In this document: positions 25,883-34,323 of the stretch, piece after piece | Layout of the letters: every line of letters starts with the position of its first letter | How positions within the stretch are numbered: the first letter of the stretch is position 1 | From: an uncultured candidatus Porisulfidus sp. | GTDB lineage: Bacteria > Pseudomonadota > Gammaproteobacteria > Poriferisulfidales > Poriferisulfidaceae | NCBI GenBank assembly: GCA_965116025.1 | Contig: OZ220480.1 | Location: forward strand, 1,664,001-1,728,000 | Length of the DNA: 64,000 bases | Direction of reading: 5' to 3' | Made by a program: the position numbers and the translations under genes | Notes under the pieces: model-generated | The model's database searches: none | What the model was told of the DNA's origin: nothing | What the model saw: only the letters and a program-made list of their open reading frames with translations

Positions 25883-28800
25883 ATGCTACGAGATCACGAA
25901 TGGAAACTCAAATACACCACTGATGACGGAGATCTAGTCCAACAATTTTATGTTCGCACGCTTGAAAACGCGAAGCGTTATGATCGGCTAACTGGCTATT
26001 TCAACGCGGGTGCGCTGGCCCTCGCGGCCCGTGGTATCGAGGGGTTGGTGCGGAATGATGGACATATGCGGTTAGTGGTTGGATGCGAGTTGGGATTCTC
26101 CGAGATTGAGGCGATTCAGAGAGGAGAAGACCTCCGTGCTCAAGTTGAGCGAAACCTCATGAACGTTCCTCTTGATCCTCCCGATCCAGAATCCGCTGGC
26201 GCGCTGGAGCTGTTGGCGTGGATGGTCGCGCGGAAATTTCTTGACGTGAAAATCGCTGTGCCTTGCGATGCGGGGCGCGAACCGATGCCAGGGAAGGGGA
26301 TATTTCACGAGAAAGCGGGGATCATCGAAGATCGGGTAGGTGATCGGCTGGCATGGACTGGCAGTCTCAATGAGACCGTCGCCGGGTGGAAAAACAACCA
26401 TGAGAGCTTTGTTGTATTCACGAGCTGGGATTCTCAACCCGGAAGGCTTGAAGAAGAAGAATTGAATTTTGGTCGTATTTGGACAAATCAGTCGGGACAT
26501 GCGGTTGTTTTGGATGTTCCAGAGGCGGTGCGCCGGGAATTGATGCGCTTCAAGCCAGAAATAGGTCGTCCAGCGCGTATGAAACAGAATCAGGAAGGGG
26601 AAAGATCGGAAGAAAATCTGCGGGCGCGAGTATGGACGTTCATTCGGGAGGCTCCCTCATGGCCGGAAGGGGGCGAATGGATTGGAGAGGCCACTGCGCC
26701 AGTCGATCCTTGGCCACACCAGAAGAGAGCGTTCAAGCGTCTATACGAAAACTGGCCTCCTCGACTTTTGATCGCCGACGAGGTGGGGCTTGGAAAGACC
26801 ATACAGGCTGGATTGCTGTTGCGTCAGGCATGGCTCGCTGGCCGTGCGAAAAGAATTCTGATTCTGGCTCCCAAGGCGGTGCTTAAGCAATGGCAAATTG
26901 AGCTACGGGAGAAATTCAATCTTAATTGGCCGATTTACGATGGCGGCAAGCTGACATGGTATCGCTCACCAGCATGGCAGGGGCGAAACGAGCGCGTGAT
27001 AGGACATGAAGAGTGGCAGAGCGAGTCCGCCGTGATCGTATCCAGCCAACTGATGCGTAGGCGTGATCGGATGAAAGAACTTTTGGAGAAGGCGGAGCCG
27101 TGGGATCTTGTGGTCCTGGATGAGGCGCATCATGCCCGCCGTTGCGCCGCGGGCGGCGCTCGGGAACGCGGGCCCAACTCCCTTCTCGGTCTCATGCGGA
27201 ATTTGAAAGATCGCGCGAAGGGATTGCTCTTGCTTACGGCAACACCGATGCAGATGCATCCTGTTGAGGTTTGGGACTTGCTGGACTTGCTCGGTTTACC
27301 TCCAGAGTGGGATGAAAAGGCGTTTCTGAAGTTTTTTGAGACGAGTCCTTCGTCGGAGGCGATGGAGCGAATGGCAGTGCTATTCCAATCTACCGAGCGC
27401 GAATATGGAGAAGTCAAGGCGGAGGATGCGGGACGCTTGGCCGGTCTATCTCAGTTGCAGATCAGTAAAGTGCTCCGAGCGTTACGCGCTACCGGTAGCA
27501 TACTACGCCGCCAGTTGGATGCTGATAAACGTCGTGGAGCAATAGCTATCATGCGGGGCTACACTCCGGTACGTATACTGATCTCACGCAATACTCGAGA
27601 TCTTTTGCGGGGCTACTTTCAGAAAGGATTCATGACGACGCGGGTTGCGGAGCGCAAAGTCGAAGACCGCTTTATGGCGATGACAAAAGAGGAGCGGGCG
27701 ATCTACGACGACGTGGAGGATTACATTGCCAGTGCGTATAGACGGGCGAGCAAGGGAAAGCGCGCGGCGGTCGGATTCGTCATGACGATCTACCGCCGGC
27801 GGCTCGCCAGCAGCTTCGCCGCATTGCGAGAAACACTGCACAGGCGTAGCGATGCGATTGCTCTTGGAGAACACACGGATTTCCCTGATCTTGACGAGGA
27901 TTTGCCGGACGATGATATGGCTGATGAGCCAATCGAGGCGGATGAGGCACTGGCTCTTGAGCGCAAGGCCTTCGCCATTGAGCAGAAGGCTGAAATTGAT
28001 CAGCTTCTCCGAAAAATCGAGCGATTGCAACCGGATAGCAAACTCGGCAAGCTCAAGAGTATATTGCGCGAACTTCGTGGCTTGGCACATTACAAAGTGA
28101 TGATATTCACTCAATACACCGATACCATGGATTTTCTACGCGATGCCCTCCTCAATGATGTGGATGAAGAATGGTCGTTATTGTGCTTCTCAGGGCGAGG
28201 TGGGGAAAAGCCTAATACTAGTGGTGAATGGGATGGAATAAGCAGAGATGAAGCAAGGCAAAGGTTCCGGGACGGGAAGGCCGATATCCTTCTGTGTACC
28301 GATGCAGCGGCCGAGGGCTTGAACTTTCAGTTTTGTGGCGCAGTGATCAATTACGACATGCCGTGGAATCCCATGCGAGTCGAGCAACGTATCGGGCGCA
28401 TTGATCGGTTGGGCCAAGAGAACGAAACCATCCGAATCGTCAACATGCACTACGAGGAGACGATTGAGACCGATATATACCGAGCTTTGCGTGACCGCAT
28501 CGAGCTTTTTCAGAGCGTGGTGGGAAGACTGCAACCGATTTTGGCTCGGCTTCCTGGTCAGTTAGAGAAAAGCGTGCTCTTGGGGCAGAATCGGAACGCC
28601 GGCGAACGAGCCGAATTAGTCAAATCCCTTACAGAAGAAATTGGCGATGGTCGAGATTCGGGGTTCGACATTGATGCTGTGACGGAAGGCGGGCCTATCG
28701 CGTTGCCGCATGTGGAGTCAACCATTACCATGGATGATTTGAACCGGGTCATCGCATCGAATGAAAACCTCATGCTATCTGGAGCTAAGATTCAAGCGAT

Positions 28801-29011
28801 GGGGCGACGCGAATACGGGTTGTTGCTACCGGGCAGGGATGAGCTGTTGCGGGTGACGACAGATCCAGAGTACTTCGAAGAACATGCGGAAAGCATGGAA
28901 TTTTGGTCGCCTGGTAACGAGCTGTTCGTTGGGCCTGAGTCGGTGGAAGGAGTGAAATTGGATCGGTTGCAGTTGAATAAGACGCTGAAGGATATCCTCG
29001 ACGGCAGTTGA
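25883..29011 (+). CDS. PLD nuclease-SNF2 helicase fusion
   Basis: PLD motif HEKAGIIED..WTGSLNET; LLIADEVGLGKT, DEAH, TATP, DAAAEGLNFQ, EQRIGRIDR. Confidence 0.92.
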   Translation: MLRDHEWKLKYTTDDGDLVQQFYVRTLENAKRYDRLTGYFNAGALALAARGIEGLVRNDGHMRLVVGCELGFSEIEAIQRGEDLRAQVERNLMNVPLDPPDPESAGALELLAWMVARKFLDVKIAVPCDAGREPMPGKGIFHEKAGIIEDRVGDRLAWTGSLNETVAGWKNNHESFVVFTSWDSQPGRLEEEELNFGRIWTNQSGHAVVLDVPEAVRRELMRFKPEIGRPARMKQNQEGERSEENLRARVWTFIREAPSWPEGGEWIGEATAPVDPWPHQKRAFKRLYENWPPRLLIADEVGLGKTIQAGLLLRQAWLAGRAKRILILAPKAVLKQWQIELREKFNLNWPIYDGGKLTWYRSPAWQGRNERVIGHEEWQSESAVIVSSQLMRRRDRMKELLEKAEPWDLVVLDEAHHARRCAAGGARERGPNSLLGLMRNLKDRAKGLLLLTATPMQMHPVEVWDLLDLLGLPPEWDEKAFLKFFETSPSSEAMERMAVLFQSTEREYGEVKAEDAGRLAGLSQLQISKVLRALRATGSILRRQLDADKRRGAIAIMRGYTPVRILISRNTRDLLRGYFQKGFMTTRVAERKVEDRFMAMTKEERAIYDDVEDYIASAYRRASKGKRAAVGFVMTIYRRRLASSFAALRETLHRRSDAIALGEHTDFPDLDEDLPDDDMADEPIEADEALALERKAFAIEQKAEIDQLLRKIERLQPDSKLGKLKSILRELRGLAHYKVMIFTQYTDTMDFLRDALLNDVDEEWSLLCFSGRGGEKPNTSGEWDGISRDEARQRFRDGKADILLCTDAAAEGLNFQFCGAVINYDMPWNPMRVEQRIGRIDRLGQENETIRIVNMHYEETIETDIYRALRDRIELFQSVVGRLQPILARLPGQLEKSVLLGQNRNAGERAELVKSLTEEIGDGRDSGFDIDAVTEGGPIALPHVESTITMDDLNRVIASNENLMLSGAKIQAMGRREYGLLLPGRDELLRVTTDPEYFEEHAESMEFWSPGNELFVGPESVEGVKLDRLQLNKTLKDILDGS

Positions 29012-29460
29012 TTGGACGCTTGCGTAGAGCACGTCGCTTCCTTCCTGTCCTGCTGTGAGGCATGAATGTTTTGGGCTTGTGCATTGATGTAGGAATGCTG
29101 TAGAGGTGAAGAGGGCGAGCCAGAATGACTTGGTGCAGTTCCTCATACTGAACGAAGGGGGACAAGCTCGCATCGGTAAAGGATTGTTATGATGATAGGA
29201 GGAATCAGTCATGCCAAGCGGTGCGCTCGCCATGATCGGGGCACGAACAATTCGAAACCGTTGTGAGGAAACCGGTGATTTGGCTAGGCGATCAAACGCA
29301 TGAAGTCAGTTCGCCAGTCGCTTCGTGATCGCTCGAGAGAGCGTTTTGGCGAACCGGACAACGCGCCTCTGATGATCGGAAGGTTGCCAGTCATTTTGGA
29401 AAACCTTCGGCGAATTCGCTGGCGCAGTCGCGCGGATCGCCTTCGTTGGCTCATGGCGTG

Positions 29461-31098
29461 ATGAAAAGAACGCCTTCCGATGCGCGAACGCAAGGGTCGC
29501 CGCCCATGCACGATGCCACGAAATACGCATCCCCTGAGGCCATGAAGGAATTCTTGGACGCGGGAGCGCGAAGCAACACACGAGATGAGGATGGAGACAC
29601 GCTCCTGCACCTAGCGGCGGCGATCGGCGGGTCCGTCGAGGTGGTGAAGACGTTGCTCAAAGCGGGAGCGAGGGCCAAAGCTCGGAATAAAACGGGAGAG
29701 GCGCCTCTGCACGCGGCGGTAGCGGTCAACGGGAGCGTTGAGAAGGTGCGGGTCTTGCTTGAAGCGGGAGCGAAGATCAACGCGGCAAATGACAATGGGC
29801 AGACAGCCCTGCACTTCGCGGCGCGCTTCTGTAAGCGCGCCGAAGTGACGCGAGCGTTGCTCGACGCAGGCGCCACAGTCAACGCGCGGGATGATTTTGG
29901 ACAAACGCCCCTGCATTTCGCGATGCTATCCAGAACGGCGCCTGATATCGCGAAAGTGTTGCTTGATGCCGGAGCGCGGGTCAACGCCCGGGATAACGAT
30001 GGCGAAACCCCCTTGCACGCCGCGGCGGAACATAGTGAAACTCCAGAGGTCGTGAAGACGTTGCTCAAAGCGGGGGCGCGAATCGGCGCGCGGAATATCA
30101 TGAAATACACCCCCCTGCACTTCGCGGCGATGAGGGGCGTTCCCGAGGTTGTGCGGGTATTGCTCGACTCTGGGTCTCAGGTCGACGCGCGAAATAAAGC
30201 GGGAGGCACGCCTCTGCATGCGGCCGCGGAATGCGGCAGACCCTACGCGATCATGAGAATGCTGTTCGACGCGGGAGCGGAGATCAATGCGAAGAATACC
30301 AATGGGGAAACGCCTCTGCACTTGGCGGTTGCGTTTGGAGAAACGACCGCGGGCATAAAAACGTTGATCAGAGCGGGAGCGGAAGTCCATGGTCGGACTT
30401 ACGATGGGGAGACTCCTCTGCATTTCGCCGCGGAATTCAGTGAGCGCCCCGCTGTCGTGAAAACGTTGCTCAAGGCGGGCGCGCGAGTCAACGAGCGAGA
30501 CTTCTACGGCCAGACTCCCCTGCACTCGGTATCATCTAACAAAAACCCCACGGTCGCGCGGGCGTTGCTGAAAGCGGGCGCTCAAGTCAACGCGCGAAAT
30601 GCTTTTGACGTGACCCCGCTGCACTTAGCGGCGAGATTTAGCACCAATCCCTTGGTCGTGAAAGCATTGCTCGACGCGGGGGCGCTGATCGACGCGCGAG
30701 ACGATAGCGGATGCGCGCCCCTTCATGGGGCGGCGGAATTCAATGGCCTCGATATCTTGAAGACGTTGCTTGATGCGGGAGCTCAATTGACCGCGCGAGA
30801 CAGCGATGGGTGGATGCCTCTGCACATGGCCGCGGGTTTCACTGAGTCTCCCTTGATTATAGAGGCGCTATTGGATGCGGGGGCACCGATTGAAGCGCGA
30901 GATAGCGATGGATTGACACCTTTGTGCGTAGCCGCAGAATGCAGCGTATCTCCAGAGAATGTGGAGGTGTTGCTTGATGCTGGAGCGAATCCAGCGGCGA
31001 AAAATATATCCGGGGCGACACCATGGAATCTGGCGAAAAAGAATCCCGGACTCAGAAGGACGAACGCGTGCCGGCGACTGAAGAAGGGGCGCAAGTGA
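29461..31098 (+). CDS. Ankyrin repeat protein, about 15 repeats plus cap, no other domain
   Basis: 33-34 aa repeats G.TPLH.AA.....V..LL.AGA.VNAR; start uncertain (29446, 29461 or 29506). Confidence 0.95.
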   Translation: MKRTPSDARTQGSPPMHDATKYASPEAMKEFLDAGARSNTRDEDGDTLLHLAAAIGGSVEVVKTLLKAGARAKARNKTGEAPLHAAVAVNGSVEKVRVLLEAGAKINAANDNGQTALHFAARFCKRAEVTRALLDAGATVNARDDFGQTPLHFAMLSRTAPDIAKVLLDAGARVNARDNDGETPLHAAAEHSETPEVVKTLLKAGARIGARNIMKYTPLHFAAMRGVPEVVRVLLDSGSQVDARNKAGGTPLHAAAECGRPYAIMRMLFDAGAEINAKNTNGETPLHLAVAFGETTAGIKTLIRAGAEVHGRTYDGETPLHFAAEFSERPAVVKTLLKAGARVNERDFYGQTPLHSVSSNKNPTVARALLKAGAQVNARNAFDVTPLHLAARFSTNPLVVKALLDAGALIDARDDSGCAPLHGAAEFNGLDILKTLLDAGAQLTARDSDGWMPLHMAAGFTESPLIIEALLDAGAPIEARDSDGLTPLCVAAECSVSPENVEVLLDAGANPAAKNISGATPWNLAKKNPGLRRTNACRRLKKGRK

Positions 31099-31360
31099 GA
31101 GGTGGACGAGAGGATTAGATCGACATGGGCGCCCGAAGTTTGAAAAATTCAGTGGAGCGCGCCCATGGTTTGGTGGCTTGGCTTCATGGTTGCTGGTGGT
31201 CGCCTTCGGTCGCTTTCTCACGCCTTTACTCGCGATGCCTCGGTTTGGTGGTTCCGCTAGAAAAACGTAGTGGCGCGATGAAAAACGTCGCGTGCGGCTC
31301 AAGTGGCTGGCCAAGCGAAGGTCGCTGAGCGAAAGTGTCGATATCTAAACTTGATTTCCT

Positions 31361-32509
31361 TCAAAACCTTATGGAAAACAATTCTATATCAAGATTTCGC
31401 AGAATCTTCCGTTGGTTTGTGCGTGAGGATTCGCATGGCGCGTTCAAGATAATCCCTCCGCCTAGGCAGACATCTTTCAGATAGAAAGCGATTGATTGAC
31501 CCGGGGCGGGGGCCCACTGCGGCGCGTCGAATATCACGCGGTAGGTTGCCCCACTTCGCTCCAGTTGGCAGTCCTGCAAGGGTTGGCGGTGGCGAATCCG
31601 CGCTTTCATAGCACCCTCGCCGGGGGGCGTGCCGGCGATCCAGTGTGGAGACTGGATTTCCAGTTCGCGCGCGTTCAGGGCGGGATGATTACGGTCTTGC
31701 GTCACGGTCACCTGTCCGCTCTCCATATTCTTGTCGATGACGTACCACGGGCCTTCGCCGCTTCCAGACACTCCCCCGATGCCGAGCCCAGCGCGCTGGC
31801 CGATGGTCTGGAACGCCAGCCCTCGGTGCCGTCCGATTTCTCGCCCGGACGGATCGATGATCGGGCCGGGTTGAAGCGGGATGTAGTTCGCTAGAAAATC
31901 TTGGAAGCGTCGCTCCCCGATGAAGCAAATACCAGAACTGTCCTTTTTGTCGTGCACTGGGAGGCCGATCCGGCGCGCCTGTTCCCGAACTTGTCGCTTC
32001 GTCATGCCATGCAAGGGAAAGCGCGAAGCCGCCAGTTGCTTTTGATCCAGACGATGCAGAAAATAGGTTTGGTCTTTTTCCTGATCCGCGGACAGGATCA
32101 ACTCTGAGGCGCCTCCGCGGACTCGAATACCCGCGTAGTGCCCCGTGGCGATGCCTGTCGCTCCGCGCGTGCAGGCGTAGTCGAGAAAGGCGCGGAATTT
32201 GATTTCCCGATTGCAGATAATATCTGGATTTGGGGTGCGCCCAGCTGAGTATTCGGCCAGAAAGCCCTGAAATACGCGATCCCAGTATTCGGTGGAGAAA
32301 TTGACGGCACGAAGTTGGAGACCAAGCTTGTCACAGGTCGCTTGGGCATCCGCGAGATCCACCGCCGCGGCGCAGTACTCGTTAGTGTCGTCCTCTTCCC
32401 AATTCTTCATGAATACGGCCTCGACATCGACTCCGCTTTCGAGAAGCTTCCAAGTGGCGACCGCGGAATCCACTCCGCCGGATAGTCCGACTAGGATTCG
32501 CTCCGCCAT
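31361..32509 (-). CDS. mnmA: tRNA 2-thiouridine(34) synthase
   Basis: GLSGGVDS, GRTPNPDIICNREIKF, ATGHY, KDQTYFL, GICFIGER, CLGGG. Confidence 0.97.
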   Translation of the reverse strand: MAERILVGLSGGVDSAVATWKLLESGVDVEAVFMKNWEEDDTNEYCAAAVDLADAQATCDKLGLQLRAVNFSTEYWDRVFQGFLAEYSAGRTPNPDIICNREIKFRAFLDYACTRGATGIATGHYAGIRVRGGASELILSADQEKDQTYFLHRLDQKQLAASRFPLHGMTKRQVREQARRIGLPVHDKKDSSGICFIGERRFQDFLANYIPLQPGPIIDPSGREIGRHRGLAFQTIGQRAGLGIGGVSGSGEGPWYVIDKNMESGQVTVTQDRNHPALNARELEIQSPHWIAGTPPGEGAMKARIRHRQPLQDCQLERSGATYRVIFDAPQWAPAPGQSIAFYLKDVCLGGGIILNAPCESSRTNQRKILRNLDIELFSIRF

Positions 32510-32521
32510 GGCGGGAATCGT

Positions 32522-32965
32522 TCAGGAAGAGATGAGAGAAAGTGGGTAGCGAGTTCCGCCCAAATAATCATCGACGCATTGGAGTACCATTGGACTGCGC
32601 CGCTGGTGCTTTTTCAGGGCGGCGATCTCGTCGCGCGTCATCCATACGGCTCGAATGATCGTGTCATCCAGCTCTCGCTCGGGATATTCTTGAATCAGGC
32701 GTCCACAAAACGCGCAGCGAAGATACATGTCGGACGAATTTGGTGGTTGATACTGATAGATGCCCACCAAAGCTTCTGGCTGGAAGTCCCAGGCCGCTTC
32801 CTCTAGCGTCTCCCGGGCGCAACCCTGTGTCAGGGACTCGCCCGCGTCCAGGTGTCCCGCAGGCTGATTGAAGACTGTCGAGCCGCCGACTCGCTCCTCG
32901 ACCAGAAGAAATCGGCCGTCCCGTTCCGCTATCGCGGCGACGGTCAGGTGATGCGTCCAATCCAT
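32522..32965 (-). CDS. nudJ: NUDIX hydrolase (NudJ-like)
   Basis: NQPAGHLDAGESL...RETLEE Nudix box; canonical position upstream of mnmA. Confidence 0.88.
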   Translation of the reverse strand: MDWTHHLTVAAIAERDGRFLLVEERVGGSTVFNQPAGHLDAGESLTQGCARETLEEAAWDFQPEALVGIYQYQPPNSSDMYLRCAFCGRLIQEYPERELDDTIIRAVWMTRDEIAALKKHQRRSPMVLQCVDDYLGGTRYPLSLISS

Positions 32966-33398
32966 GGCGACAGATTGTACGGCACAGACATCTAGCCACT
33001 GGCGATCTCCGGCAAAAATTTGCTCAGACTTAAATCCAAGGGCATCTCGTATGGATAGTCGCCGTAGAGAATTAGACAGGACTATGTTGACGGGCTGGCG
33101 CTCGAATCCGTATAGGAGACGCGACTCCAGATTCTGGGGCGGGGAGCGGCGGGAGGGTGACATCTCGAATGTTGGCGCGAGTCCACGGCTCAGCGTCGCG
33201 CGCAAGTCCATGATTCTAAACGCGATCATTCGTCCTACGACAGGCGGAACGAAAAGTCAAGCGAAAACGGTCACAAAAAAGTGACCATTTATGCTTGCGT
33301 TTTCCCACGCTTTGGGGCATGGTCGGAGGCTCGCCGGATGGAGACCGGGATCCTCGCGCTCCGTCCTCGCCCTTATTACTTGGATCAGGAGATCTCTC

Positions 33399-33926
33399 AT
33401 GGAACATCATCAGCAACGAATTCCCGCCGAATCGGCTTCCGAGCGTCCGGCCCAACGGCCGCCAGGTTTCGATACAATGGAAGCGGAGAAGCAACTGACG
33501 AACGGAGGCTTCCAGGAGCGACAAGCCATGGCTATCGTCGAGACCATTTGAGACTCCCAGGCGGAACTCGCCACGAGGGAGGACTTGCTCGCGACGAGAA
33601 GGGACTTGCTCTCGACGAGCAAGGACCTGAGAAGAGAAATAGAGGAAGTTCGAAAGGACTTGAAAGCCGAGATCGTAAAGCAGGGGCTTGAGCTTCGCAA
33701 CGAGTTTCGAGCCGAGTTGCATAGCGAGATTGGCGGCTTGCGCAAGGAGATGCGAGATCAGTTCTCCGCTATGCAGCATCAGTTCTCTGCTATGCATGGT
33801 CAGTTCTCTGCCATGCAGGATCGTCTCTCCATCATGCTCTGGCGCATTCTTCTTGGCTTCGGAGTGATCGTTGGCATTTTCGGAACCATCGTCGGAATCG
33901 TTTTCACGCTGGTTGGCGGGAAGTAA
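33399..33926 (+). pseudogene. DUF1640/CCDC90-like coiled-coil membrane-anchored protein with in-frame TGA at 33549
   Basis: AGGAGA RBS; FDT...K.L..GGF..RQA.AIVETI*DSQAELATREDL, heptad coiled coil, C-terminal TM; same frame on both sides of the stop. Confidence 0.75.
33759..33821 (+). repeat. Three imperfect 21-bp tandem repeats (QFSAMQH/QFSAMHG/QFSAMQD)
   Basis: cagttctccgctatgcagcat cagttctctgctatgcatggt cagttctctgccatgcaggat. Confidence 0.9.
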
Positions 33927-33948
33927 ATCTTGGGCATGCCCAAGATTT
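33925..33948. terminator. Perfect 24-bp palindrome at the stop of the DUF1640-like gene, terminator-like
   Basis: aaatcttgggca-tgcccaagattt, ending in a short T run. Confidence 0.6.
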
Positions 33949-34323
33949 TCGTTTGACTGCGTCGTTCCATTGATGACGGGAACGGAGCGCCGCTAGGCAC
34001 GTGAGGTATTTGAGCGAAGGCGGTGACGAACGAGACTTGAGTGGTTAGCTGGCGACGAGCCGGTGTTTGTTGGCACGTGGGCGTTGATCGCGAGCTGATG
34101 GCTAGTTTCCGTGATGGAACGCGGAGATGATCAAACTTCTTCGAAGTGGCGCTTGATCTTTCGCCATGGGGTTGGCCTTCGCGGCTAAGTCTACGCGGGG
34201 AGTATGCTAGAGTGAATTTTTTAGAAAACCGACTTTTGGCCGCGCATCGATGCTTGGCGAGAGGTGAGCGAATTTGATTGACCAAGACGTTCAGGAATTT
34301 CCGCGAGGCGCGGAGGAGGGCGC

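Noticed and set aside
29461-31098. About 100-bp periodic DNA repeats as a CRISPR array or DGR target
   Set aside because: The repeats are degenerate, in frame and explained by ankyrin coding; no cas genes, reverse transcriptase or template repeat are in the window.
33549-33581. Selenocysteine or alternative-code reading of the in-frame TGA (a small hairpin CTCCC-A-GGCG-GAACT-CGCC-ACGA-GGGAG follows it)
   Set aside because: The position is in a helical, non-redox context, the hairpin is weak and very close to the codon, and TGA is a normal stop in many genes here.
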